A DNA stretch of 64,000 nt from Methanocella sp. (GCA_050261115.1 JBLNCY010000010.1:96001-160000); one strand, 5' to 3'. Counted from the first letter of the stretch, positions 47,114 through 56,388 are shown. Made by a program: numbers and translations. Notes: generated by a model not told the origin, from the sequence alone.

Positions 47114-48118
47114 TTAACGTAACTGCTTTGACTTTTGGGCGCTTTCTAGGCGAGCTTTTCTAAACGCCCAAAGCATAAAGACCGACGTTAGACACAGGAT
47201 AGCCAATGCAAACGCAAGTATTACGGGGTCAAAGATTGGCGTAAATATCTCTGTTAGCCGTTGCCTTGGGCTCTGCATCAGAGGGTAATGGTCGATGTTT
47301 AGGGCGTCGATTATGTAGGGTGTGTCGCCTATGCCGTCGCCGTTGGTGTCGGTGCCGTTGTAGTCGCTCCAGTAGTTGCCCTCTTTGCCGTCGTCCCATG
47401 CATGCGGTTCTTCGTCTTCGGGGTACTCTTCACAGAAGCAACCATTGATTTGCACCAAGTTATCCTCAAAGGAATTATGGTTAACTATTATGTCGGCGGG
47501 TATAGTTTCGTTTACGCCGTTGAAGCCAAAGAATAGTCCTTGCTGGTTTTCTTTAAGGGTATTGTAGGTTATGGTGGTGTTTGAGCCGGAGAGCATTATG
47601 CCTAAGATGCTTTCAGAGACGACGCAGTTGGTTATGGTGTTGTTTTTTGTCCAGAGATAGGTGCCTATGCTAAAGTTTTTGATGTTGAGGTTTTGGATTG
47701 TTATGCCCTCAACGTTTTTATCGCCTAAGTCTACGCCGATTATGTACTGCGCGGTTAACTCAGGCGACTGATTGGGGCCGGCGCCGACTACCCAAACATT
47801 TGTTTGCGACCCATCGTAGGGGCCGCTCAGGGTATAGCCGCCGCCATTAAGAACAATGTTGCTTTTTAGAATCTTTATCGTGCCATAGACGTCGCCTGTG
47901 AGCTTGTAGATGTTATCGTACCTGGTAAGTGGTGCCTCTGGGGGTGTTATGGTTCCATCGGCTTTTATGATGATATTTTGCAGAGCGGTATCTGTCTGTT
48001 TGCTTGGTTCATTGGGGACAGCGAAAAGTAGCCCCGTCAAGACTGAAATAATCAAGACTGCGCCAATCCAGACAGCAACCGTTCTCTTCTGCACACCCAT
48101 TTTTCTCCTGTTACTCAA
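47114..48118 (-). CDS. NosD-like right-handed beta-helix surface protein
   Basis: N- and C-terminal TM; beta-helix repeats; WDDGKEGNYWSDY...DGIGDTPY...D.YPL. Confidence 0.75.
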   Translation of the reverse strand: MSNRRKMGVQKRTVAVWIGAVLIISVLTGLLFAVPNEPSKQTDTALQNIIIKADGTITPPEAPLTRYDNIYKLTGDVYGTIKILKSNIVLNGGGYTLSGPYDGSQTNVWVVGAGPNQSPELTAQYIIGVDLGDKNVEGITIQNLNIKNFSIGTYLWTKNNTITNCVVSESILGIMLSGSNTTITYNTLKENQQGLFFGFNGVNETIPADIIVNHNSFEDNLVQINGCFCEEYPEDEEPHAWDDGKEGNYWSDYNGTDTNGDGIGDTPYIIDALNIDHYPLMQSPRQRLTEIFTPIFDPVILAFALAILCLTSVFMLWAFRKARLESAQKSKQLR

Positions 48119-49868
48119 GTTTTACTGTGTCGGATTTATTTAACCAGTTCCTAGATTTCACCACTTTCTTGCCCGCCACCTTGAACTGTAAGCAGTCCTC
48201 TTGTGGACACATCTCAACGCAACGCAGACAGTAGATGCACTGCGAGTTTGCCACGTCGCCGCCCTTCTTTTCATAGACATCCACGACTTGTGTTGGGCAG
48301 ACGCGTTTGCAGATGCCGCATTTAGTGCATTTCTCCTCTACCTTATCTAGACGTACCCCTGAGATCCACTTGAAGGGCGGGAACCGATTGAACAATGCGA
48401 TCAAGCCGCCAAGCGGGCAGATCTGGCACCATGAGCGCCTAAAGAAAAAGGCTGCTATTGAAACTATTGCGAGTATGATGAGGTTTGTTGCGGTTAGGTA
48501 GAAGCCTACTTCGAGGAATTGGCCGGTTGTGTTTTGCCAGAGCCATTCCATCCGCATTAAACCAACACTGCTCTCTGCTAATAGGCAGAGGGGTTTCATG
48601 GGGCATACTTGGCAGAAGGGGGCTGCGAAGTAGGTGTTGATGTAGCCACCTTTTTCTGTGCCTGGGACAAGCTGGGTTCCAAGCAGCGTCTGAGAAGCAA
48701 AGGCTATGCTAAGGACAAGTATCAGCGCTAGTATAACGTAGCTTAATTGGTGGAGGTGCTGGCTAAATTTGTCAGAGACTTTTTTGCGTTTAATTCTTAG
48801 TGCCTTTCTTAGTCGTGTAAGGAGGTCTACGTATAATCCGAAGGGGCAGACCCAGCCGCAGAAGAATCTTCCCAGCACCACCGCGGCAAGGATTATGATC
48901 CCAAACACCACTGCCAATCGGGCTATGCCGTCGGAGAGGTAATGGACTCCCCAGCCGCCGCCCACGTCAAAGAAGGGGTAAATGTAGGTTTGGATCTGCC
49001 ACAGTGCGCAAGTTACTGCTCTGCCACAGGGGTAGTAACATGCCAAGAAAGGTGCAGGTAACCCGTCTGGCATGTCCACGCCTAAGACGTTGGTTGCTAT
49101 GTCTAGTTCGTGGGTTGCAAGCTGCGTGGCGGGTATGGGGTAATTGTAGTGATCGATAAATATGCCAAAGAAAAGGATGAAAACTAAACCTACCTGCACA
49201 AATGTTCTGATCGCCGTTATTTTTCGGGTTTTATTTCGGGTCCCGAAATAGAAAATAACCGAAGCCAAAGACAACAAAACGGCCGTTACAGCAAAAACCG
49301 ACCAGTTTACTTTGTAATTTAATTCGACGCTTGGCGTTGGAGAGGGCGCAGTGGGGTTAGTGGGATCGGTGACTTCAGCAAAGAGGCGATCGCAAATGTG
49401 ACCATCAATGGCAAAAATGTTCCAGTAACCTGCCATGTCAAGTTGCTGAGTTGAGGTAAAGTTACCCGATATGGGGTCGGTTGGCACGTACTGCTCGATG
49501 TAGGTGTAGTCGGGTCGCGTGTAGGCTACTCGGACGGTTTTGTTTTCTGCTGCGGGGCAGACTTCACCGGTTATGGTAACTGTTTCGTTTAGATATACTT
49601 GGGTGCGGTCAATGTCGGCGGTTATGTGCGGTCCATAGCAGGCCTCTGCAGCCCCAAGGAAAACTGTGCCTAGACAGACGGCGGCTAACACCAAAATGGC
49701 TACGCCTACGTGTATCTGCCGTCTAATTGCCAACACACTCTCGCCTCTGCATACCGCACGATGGTTCATATATTTTTGCAAATAACCTCCTTGATTGCTG
49801 TCGGCTGCTGTTCTAGGCGTGGTTTGGGGTGATAAAGCGGTTTTGGTTAAGGTTTCTTGACTAACCAA
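48111..49868 (-). CDS. Membrane 4Fe-4S polyferredoxin (NapH/NosH/MauN-like) with N-terminal extracellular domain
   Basis: GRFFCGWVCPFG, FCQVCP, WCQICPLG and two CxxCxxCxxxCP motifs; start probably downstream of 49868. Confidence 0.8.
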   Translation of the reverse strand: MVSQETLTKTALSPQTTPRTAADSNQGGYLQKYMNHRAVCRGESVLAIRRQIHVGVAILVLAAVCLGTVFLGAAEACYGPHITADIDRTQVYLNETVTITGEVCPAAENKTVRVAYTRPDYTYIEQYVPTDPISGNFTSTQQLDMAGYWNIFAIDGHICDRLFAEVTDPTNPTAPSPTPSVELNYKVNWSVFAVTAVLLSLASVIFYFGTRNKTRKITAIRTFVQVGLVFILFFGIFIDHYNYPIPATQLATHELDIATNVLGVDMPDGLPAPFLACYYPCGRAVTCALWQIQTYIYPFFDVGGGWGVHYLSDGIARLAVVFGIIILAAVVLGRFFCGWVCPFGLYVDLLTRLRKALRIKRKKVSDKFSQHLHQLSYVILALILVLSIAFASQTLLGTQLVPGTEKGGYINTYFAAPFCQVCPMKPLCLLAESSVGLMRMEWLWQNTTGQFLEVGFYLTATNLIILAIVSIAAFFFRRSWCQICPLGGLIALFNRFPPFKWISGVRLDKVEEKCTKCGICKRVCPTQVVDVYEKKGGDVANSQCIYCLRCVEMCPQEDCLQFKVAGKKVVKSRNWLNKSDTVKLE

Positions 49869-49960
49869 ATTCTAGCATGCCTCAAGGGTTGTTTGTGGGC
49901 GAAATCGTTGGTGTAGGGTTTAGCGAAGGTTAAAAGGTAATTGCGCCATAAGCCAAAGGT

Positions 49961-50245
49961 GTGGTTGAATTGGTTAAAACGCTAAATCTGCCCCTGCGCG
50001 TCTATGAAGACTTAACCCGTGTCTCCGAGGAACTTTCCCTTATGGCTAAAAAGCCCATTTCGCAGTCCATGGCAATAGATTTGCTAATGGAAATATACCG
50101 TGCTCACTTAAGCAACCCCTGTGCGTTAGACACGTTTAGTCAGCAGATGCGCTCGCTGGATTTGATGTCGCCAGAAGAGTTTGACAAGTACTGGGATGAC
50201 TCTCTTGAGACAAAAACCGATAAAATGCAGAAACCTGGGGCGTGA
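49961..50245 (+). CDS. Small protein, possible RHH-type DNA-binding protein
   Basis: KTLNLP.RVYE.L...ISQSMAIDLL strand-helix-helix pattern; divergent from the polyferredoxin gene. Confidence 0.5.
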   Translation: MVELVKTLNLPLRVYEDLTRVSEELSLMAKKPISQSMAIDLLMEIYRAHLSNPCALDTFSQQMRSLDLMSPEEFDKYWDDSLETKTDKMQKPGA

Positions 50246-50435
50246 TCTAGAAAACGTTAATTCAATAAATCAAGGGAGTTTACCTTGCCCGCTTTTCTGT
50301 AAATCTATGTGGCGGATTGCAAAGAACCCCAAAACACCCAATAAACCTTAGGTATCAAAAACAGTTACAGGTTCCCTAAGACTTGTCAATAAAAACCTCA
50401 ATAGTAGAAAAGGTTTATTTCACCCTGTGCTGTTC

Positions 50436-50497
50436 TGATGAGAAATTGCAGACGGACAATCCTGTCCGATGGGATGTGGCCGAAAGGCTGAACCGCA
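50436..50497 (+). ncRNA. Putative structured rpl15e leader or C/D-box-like RNA
   Basis: TGATGA...CTGA boxes; hairpins GGACA-ATCC-TGTCC and GGCC-GAAA-GGCT; BRE/TATA (GAAAAGGTTTATTT) directly upstream. Confidence 0.5.
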
Positions 50498-50524
50498 AAC
50501 ATATAACACAACAAGTGAAAAACC

Positions 50525-51142
50525 ATGGCATACAAATACATAGCCGAAGAATGGGCTCAACCGGAGCAAAGCTTCGTTGAAGACCTAATGCGCCAACGCC
50601 TAGTCCTATGGCGAAAACAACCCTCAACTGTGCGCATTGAAAACCCAACCAGACTCGACAGAGCAAGAAAACTTGGCTACAAAGCAAAACAGGGCTTTGT
50701 GGTTGCAAGAACCAAAGTCCGCAGAGGAGGACTTAGAAAACTCCGACCGAGGTCAGGCAGACGCCCAAAACGCATGGGTGTTAACAAATTTAAACCCGCA
50801 AAAAGCCTCCGCTTAATCGCTGAGGAAAGAACCGCAAAACACTTCCCGAACCTAGAAGTCCTCAACAGCTACTGGGTAGGCGAAGACGGTCGACACAAGT
50901 GGTTTGAAGTCATCTTGGTAGATAAACATGCACCAACCATCGTGACGGACAAAGACATAAACTGGATTGCGCAGCCACAACATACCAGTCGTGTGTTCCG
51001 CAGCTTGACCAGTGCAGGTAAAAGTGTTAGAGGTCTACGTCACCGCGGTGCAGGCGCAGAAAAAGTACGCCCAAGCCACCGAAAAGGTGCCAAGAAACAC
51101 CACGGCAAGAAACGCCAGCGTAAGGGAGACGGGCCATACTAG
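50525..51142 (+). CDS. rpl15e: 50S ribosomal protein L15e
   Basis: [30 protein letters not shown] and [10 protein letters not shown] motifs. Confidence 0.97.
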   Translation: MAYKYIAEEWAQPEQSFVEDLMRQRLVLWRKQPSTVRIENPTRLDRARKLGYKAKQGFVVARTKVRRGGLRKLRPRSGRRPKRMGVNKFKPAKSLRLIAEERTAKHFPNLEVLNSYWVGEDGRHKWFEVILVDKHAPTIVTDKDINWIAQPQHTSRVFRSLTSAGKSVRGLRHRGAGAEKVRPSHRKGAKKHHGKKRQRKGDGPY

Positions 51143-51340
51143 ATGCATCACATAAAACCCACCATAACCTCCCAAAAAGGGAAACAGAAAACAGGCAAGG
51201 GCTTTAGCTTAAACGAGCTCAAAGCTGCCGGCGTCACCAAGCATCAAGCAAGGCTAGCTAGTTTACCTGTTGATGTACGCCGCAAAAGCACAAACGAAGC
51301 AAACGTTGATGCTATTAAGGCGCACATAAAGAAAGCATAG
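51143..51340 (+). CDS. rpl13e: Ribosomal protein L13e, short archaeal form
   Basis: GKGFSLNELKAAG...VDVRRKS...NV. Confidence 0.85.
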   Translation: MHHIKPTITSQKGKQKTGKGFSLNELKAAGVTKHQARLASLPVDVRRKSTNEANVDAIKAHIKKA

Positions 51341-51477
51341 ACCCTAAACTTCCCAAGGCACTTTAGTGCCAACCTTTATTTTATTTGATTAAGTTGTAAG
51401 CTTGTTAGGGTTTCCTTGCTGAAGAAAACAAAACTTCTAAATGGCTCCACATAGAAATAAACCGTAACGGGACGAGC

Positions 51478-51933
51478 ATGCCAAAACCAGCCGAGACAAA
51501 ACCAGTGGGATACATTGACATACGGGTCTTTGCGCACGCAACAGAGAACCAAACCAAAGTTGAGACTGCAACAAAAAACCTGTTTCCTCCAGAACTAACC
51601 CAAGACCTTGTTTTCCAAAAAACCGCACTAACGGGTCACCACTCCAACCCCATAGTGATGTTAACCGCAAGACTCACAGACCGAAAACTACTCCCAGCCG
51701 CCTTAGAGAAATTAGGTGAACGATTAAGCTCACTAGACAAGGAGCAACTACAAAATGACATCAAACTACACCTCGAGAAGGGCAACTTGTTCTTGCGGTT
51801 TGACAAACAAGCGGCATACTTAGGTCAACCCAAATTCACACAAAGCGATCCAATCCACGTCAAAGTTCATTTTAGGGATAAAACCAACGATCAAGTTGTA
51901 GAGTTGGCTAAGCAATTTGGGTTGCTACTATGA
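51478..51933 (+). CDS. Exosome/RNase P-cluster RNA-binding protein (COG1325-like)
   Basis: FAHATE..KV, GHH.NPI and LRFDKQAAYLG motifs; conserved context. Confidence 0.75.
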   Translation: MPKPAETKPVGYIDIRVFAHATENQTKVETATKNLFPPELTQDLVFQKTALTGHHSNPIVMLTARLTDRKLLPAALEKLGERLSSLDKEQLQNDIKLHLEKGNLFLRFDKQAAYLGQPKFTQSDPIHVKVHFRDKTNDQVVELAKQFGLLL

Positions 51934-52664
51934 AAAGATGTTTCTGCGATTTACATTTGAGAGTAGACCCTAAAGAAACACAGGCAACTCAGCAAATCAT
52001 AGAAAAAGCCGCAAAATTCGGCTATTCAAATATCAGCATTGCCTTCAGCCGCCAAATCGATGAATCCCAAATCAGTAACCTTAAAGCAACCTGCAAACAA
52101 ACTGGCCTAGACTTCGTTGTCCGCGCCGACTTTAAGCCCCGAAATCAAGAAGACCTCATGCGTTTCTTACGAAAGTTTCGCCGCAAACTCGAAGTAATCT
52201 GCATAATCTGTGAGGATAAAGAAATCGCGCGCAGCGCCGCCAAAGACAACCGTGTGGATCTTATAAATTTCCCAAACCTGGATTATCATAGACGCTTTTT
52301 TGATCGCGCAGAAGCCGAACTTGCTAGCTGTAGCCAAACTGCGCTTGAGATTGATGTGAAGTCGCTGCTTGTGTTGGAAGGGCCTCCGAGAGTTAGGCTT
52401 TTGTCGAGTTTACGGCGGGAGGTGGCTTTGGCAAAAGAGTTCAAGGTGCCTGTTGTTTTATCAAGTGGAGTAGGTGAGGCGCGGTTTCTGCGTATGCCTC
52501 GTGACTTGGCAAGTTTAGCTTACTTGTTTGGTTTAAATGAGGTTGAAGCGCTTGATGCTGTTTCGGTTAATCCCCTGCGTATTGTTAGGGCTAATCGTGA
52601 GAAGCTTGGTTTATCGTTTGTTGCGCCTGGGATTCGTGTTGTCAAGGAGGGCAAGTCTGATTGA
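51930..52664 (+). CDS. rnp3: RNase P protein component Rpp30
   Basis: PHP-like fold, RVDLI, VVLSSG...R.PRDL; gene context. Confidence 0.85.
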   Translation: MKRCFCDLHLRVDPKETQATQQIIEKAAKFGYSNISIAFSRQIDESQISNLKATCKQTGLDFVVRADFKPRNQEDLMRFLRKFRRKLEVICIICEDKEIARSAAKDNRVDLINFPNLDYHRRFFDRAEAELASCSQTALEIDVKSLLVLEGPPRVRLLSSLRREVALAKEFKVPVVLSSGVGEARFLRMPRDLASLAYLFGLNEVEALDAVSVNPLRIVRANREKLGLSFVAPGIRVVKEGKSD

Positions 52665-52975
52665 AGCGTGTTAAACGGCGTTATTTGGCGTTGCAGTTTG
52701 AGTCTGAACGGGTGCTTAGTGAACGTGAGTTTATGGATGTCCTTTGGGCTTCTGTTACAAAGCTATATGGTGAGGTGGGGGCAAGTCTGACTGGTTTGTC
52801 GTTTATTAGCTGTGATGCTGAGCGGCGGATTTATGTTGTTAAGTGTTTGCTTGCTTGGTTGCCTCAGGTTCGGGCTTCTGTGGCTTGTGTGGTGTCGGTT
52901 GGTGGTGTGGCTGCTTCGGTTCATGTTTTGGGTGTTTCGGGTACGTTGAAGGCTTTGTTCTCAAAACTCCCGTAG
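52661..52975 (+). CDS. rnp2: RNase P protein component Pop5
   Basis: KRRYLAL, LYGEVG and LGVSGTLK motifs. Confidence 0.85.
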   Translation: MKRVKRRYLALQFESERVLSEREFMDVLWASVTKLYGEVGASLTGLSFISCDAERRIYVVKCLLAWLPQVRASVACVVSVGGVAASVHVLGVSGTLKALFSKLP

Positions 52976-52976
52976 C

Positions 52977-53050
52977 TATGTAAAGTTTTTACTCAATTTA
53001 TGTAAAGTTCATTTGAAATTAAGTCGCTTATTATATTGGACAAACTTACA
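52977..53050. promoter_or_regulatory. Direct repeat TATGTAAAGTT x2 (22-bp spacing) plus inverted partial copy AAACTTACA around a TTATTATA box
   Basis: Copies at 52977-52987, 52999-53009 and 53042-53050. Confidence 0.45.
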
Positions 53051-53148
53051 AAATGTGCATGGAAACCTTTATCAATTCCAGAGAAGCGTTAGTTAGCGTC
53101 ACAAAAAAGCGAAAGTGCAAACAAAAACTGTACCGAGAAGAAACAAAA

Positions 53149-54378
53149 ATGGACATAAAAGACTTCTTCTTCAAAACAAAACCCCTAAAAACCAACATAA
53201 TAGTTGACGATACTACCCTAAGAGACGGCATCCAAATGCCCGGCTTAGCCGCAGGACCAAGCGACGCCGCCAAAATCGCTAAGCTACTTTGCGACATAGG
53301 CGTCGAACGCATCGAGGTATTCCACTATCAAGAACCCGACAAACACGCCGCAAAACTCATCCTAGACCAAAACCTGCCCCTAAGAGTCGCCGGCTGGTGC
53401 AGAGCCGTCAAAGAAGACATCGACAGCGCCGTAAAATGCGGTTTCAAAGAAGTCGGTATCTCTCATCCGGTATCCTACATTCACTTCGATGCCAAATGGC
53501 CCGAAAAAACATACGACCAAATCCTGGCTAACGTAGTTGAAGTCACCGAATATGCGGCTAAAACCCATGGCTTACGCACATTTGTCCATGGCGAAGACAG
53601 CACACGCGCGGATTGGGCGTTTGAGAAAAAATTCATCAACGCAGTCGCCGAGGCGGGCGCGGAATGTTACCGTATCTGTGACACTGTCGGCATCGGTTTA
53701 CCCGACATAGATGCGCCCATGCCAAACGGTATACCTGCAAAAGTCAGAGCCATAAAAGAAGAAACCAAGATCCCTGCTATTGAAATTCATGCTCATGACG
53801 ACTTTGGCAACGCTATCGGAAACACGATTGCTGCAATCCAAGCTGCAGACGGCTTATACGACAAAGTCTATGTCAGCACAACTTTTCTGGGCATAGGTGA
53901 ACGCGCGGGCAATGCAGAAACAGAAAAAGTTATCCTAAATCTCTATCTTCAGCGTGGCGTAACCAAGTTCGAGGGCAAAACCAGCAAGCTAAAAGCCGTC
54001 GCAAACTATATCGGTCAAGCAACCGGGTTTGTGGTGCCGCCAAACAAAGCCATCGTCGGCGATTACGGCTTTGCTCACGAGTCGGGTATACACACTCATG
54101 GTGTACTCAATAATCCATGGACTTATGAGCCCTACCCGCCTGAACTGGTGGGTAACACACGCAGACTGACCATCGGTAAGCAATCAGGTAAAGGCATTAT
54201 AAAGCACAAAATTATGGAACTTACAGGCATGGAACCTGACGACGAGAAAGTGGCTGCCGCGGTTGAAATGATTAAGGGTATCTATGCAAGTGGACGGCGG
54301 GCTTCGCTAAAAGAGGATGAATTTAAAAAGTTGCTGCGTAGCCTAAAAGTTCTGCCTGAACCTAATGGTTGCCATTAA
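53149..54378 (+). CDS. DRE-TIM metallolyase (homocitrate/isopropylmalate/Re-citrate synthase family) without LeuA regulatory domain
   Basis: DTTLRDG.Q, EDSTRAD, CDTVG, HAHDDFG, GIGERAGNA, HESGIH and GKQSG motifs. Confidence 0.85.
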   Translation: MDIKDFFFKTKPLKTNIIVDDTTLRDGIQMPGLAAGPSDAAKIAKLLCDIGVERIEVFHYQEPDKHAAKLILDQNLPLRVAGWCRAVKEDIDSAVKCGFKEVGISHPVSYIHFDAKWPEKTYDQILANVVEVTEYAAKTHGLRTFVHGEDSTRADWAFEKKFINAVAEAGAECYRICDTVGIGLPDIDAPMPNGIPAKVRAIKEETKIPAIEIHAHDDFGNAIGNTIAAIQAADGLYDKVYVSTTFLGIGERAGNAETEKVILNLYLQRGVTKFEGKTSKLKAVANYIGQATGFVVPPNKAIVGDYGFAHESGIHTHGVLNNPWTYEPYPPELVGNTRRLTIGKQSGKGIIKHKIMELTGMEPDDEKVAAAVEMIKGIYASGRRASLKEDEFKKLLRSLKVLPEPNGCH

Positions 54379-54687
54379 GGCATCCTTTGTTTTTTCATTT
54401 TTTGTGTTTGTTTACTGCTATTGGTTAGACTTTTTTGTGTTTTTTGGGGTGCTGGGTGGGGGTTGATGTTTGGCTATTTTTGGGGGGTTGTTTTGGGCAG
54501 GTGTGGGTTTGTTGTGGTTTTGTTTGTTAGGTTTTTGGACAAGCGCTAACTTTTTTCTGCGTGTGGTGTACATATATGCATGAAAGTGATTCATATATTT
54601 TCAAGTGGATACTCTTATATACGTCAACACGATATTTGTGCAGCTATTAATAAAATAACTAAACAGTTGAGCAAAGAGGAAAATGAA

Positions 54688-55959
54688 ATGGCATCAGGAG
54701 ATATTGCTTGGATAATAACCGCAACCGCATTAGTCATGTTAATGACACCCGCCCTAGGGTTCTTCTATGGGGGCCTAGTACGTAAAAAGAACCTAGTATC
54801 CACAATCGTACAATGCTTTGCAATATTTGCAGTCATAAGCATAGTGTGGGTACTATGGGGATACAGCGTAGTCTTTGGCGAATCCTTCGGTGGATTCATC
54901 GGATTTAGCCCCTCCCTAGCCGGATTAAGCGGCCTAGATATACACACCATAAACCCAGCACTCACATCAGACATCCCCGAACTGCTATTCTTCGCATTCC
55001 AACTAAAATTCGCCGCCATCACCCCCGCCCTCATCATCGGTGCCTGCGCCGAACGCATACGATTCAAATCCCTAATGATCTTCATGGTACTCTGGAGCAC
55101 CCTGATCTACCTGCCAATCGCGCACTGGGTCTGGAACCCAAGCGGATGGCTACGTGGCTTAGGCGCAATCGACTTTGCAGGTGGCATAGTTGTCCACATT
55201 GCAGCCGGTGTCTCAGCGCTCGCAGCCGCCTTGGTGGTTGGGCAACGCCGATGTGGTGTAGTGCCCTGGAAGGATCACATGCAGGCGCTAGATCAGAAGA
55301 AAACTCCGCCGATGTTCAAGCCAACAAACGTACCCTATGTGTTGCTGGGTGCAGCTTTGCTGTGGTTTGGCTGGTTTGGCTTCAACGGAGGCAGTGCACT
55401 TGCAGCTAACGATTTAGCTGTCTCAGCCTTAGTCACCACAAACATTGCCGCGGCGGGTGCAGCAGTAAGCTGGATGCTCGCTGACTGGATACTCAAAGGT
55501 AAGCCAACCGCAACTGGCATAGCAATCGGCGCCGTCGTAGGCTTGGTTGCAATCACGCCGGCAGCAGGCTTTGTCACTGTTCCATCCGCGCTAATCATCG
55601 GGTTGGCCGCAGGTGTGATATCCAACTTGGTGGCGAGCTGGCGTGCAGGACGCTCCCGAATCGATGACAGCTTAGACGTATTTGCATGTCACGGTGTCGG
55701 TGGTCTTTGGGGTTCCATTGCCACTGGTATCTTTGCGTCTGCAGCAGTCGGTGGCGTCGACGGTTTGATCTATGGAAACGTGGATCAATTCCTTGCCCAG
55801 TTAGCCGCAATAGCGGTTGTTGTGCCGTTCGCGTTCGTGGGCTCGTATGTGCTGCTTAAAGTCATAAACAAGGTTTCGCCGATACGTGTCGATCCAGCCG
55901 CTGAAGATGCCGGCTTGGACTTAAGCGAACACGGCGAAGAAGCCTACCAACTCGACTAA
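54688..55959 (+). CDS. amtB: Ammonium transporter
   Basis: LMTPALGFFYGG, DFAGGIVVH, LLWFGWFGFNGGS, DDSLDVFACHG and EHGEEAY motifs. Confidence 0.97.
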   Translation: MASGDIAWIITATALVMLMTPALGFFYGGLVRKKNLVSTIVQCFAIFAVISIVWVLWGYSVVFGESFGGFIGFSPSLAGLSGLDIHTINPALTSDIPELLFFAFQLKFAAITPALIIGACAERIRFKSLMIFMVLWSTLIYLPIAHWVWNPSGWLRGLGAIDFAGGIVVHIAAGVSALAAALVVGQRRCGVVPWKDHMQALDQKKTPPMFKPTNVPYVLLGAALLWFGWFGFNGGSALAANDLAVSALVTTNIAAAGAAVSWMLADWILKGKPTATGIAIGAVVGLVAITPAAGFVTVPSALIIGLAAGVISNLVASWRAGRSRIDDSLDVFACHGVGGLWGSIATGIFASAAVGGVDGLIYGNVDQFLAQLAAIAVVVPFAFVGSYVLLKVINKVSPIRVDPAAEDAGLDLSEHGEEAYQLD

Positions 55960-56122
55960 CAATGCAGCCATAAGCTGTCCCCTTTTCTATTTTTTTAAGC
56001 ATCCGTCTTGTGTCTAGTTGTCTTTGTGTGTTGTGGTTGCTTTCGGTAATCACGTATGGATAATAACCGAACCATTGATGGTACTTTTGTAAAATAAGAC
56101 TGCTTTAGAAGGAGGAAAATCA

Positions 56123-56293
56123 ATGGCAAAACAGTTAACAAAGTGCCCTGGTTGTGGTGCTCAATTTGAAAGCTACGATCAATTGATAGATCACGTAGTA
56201 AAAGTCCATGACATCACTTGTCAGGTTTGCGGTGCCAAGCTGGGCTCAAAAGAGGAACTCTTAGCGCATAACAGAGAAAAGCACGGGATCTAA
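56123..56293 (+). CDS. 56-aa protein with two tandem C2H2 zinc fingers
   Basis: CPGC-x12-H-x4-H and CQVC-x12-H-x4-H; GGAGG SD at 56111-56115. Confidence 0.8.
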   Translation: MAKQLTKCPGCGAQFESYDQLIDHVVKVHDITCQVCGAKLGSKEELLAHNREKHGI

Positions 56294-56299
56294 GTCTCA

Positions 56300-56342
56300 G
56301 TTGCTTTGTCGAGAGATCCCCTCTCTTATATATAGACTCAGC
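56300..56342 (-). repeat. Dispersed intergenic repeat, copy 5
   Basis: Reverse complement reads GCTGAGTCTATATATAAGAGAGGGGATCTCTCGACAAAGCAAC. Confidence 0.7.
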
Positions 56343-56388
56343 CCCCGCACGCCATAGCAAGCAAACGGATCATTCATAAGAAGGGCTG

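Noticed and set aside
50383-50580. 65-aa ORF, or RNase P RNA given the nearby rnp genes
   Set aside because: The ORF overlaps the rpl15e promoter and start; the region is too short and lacks the RNase P GAGGAAAGUCC core
54385-54545. G/T-rich low-complexity tract
   Set aside because: No periodic unit; treated as terminator or spacer sequence
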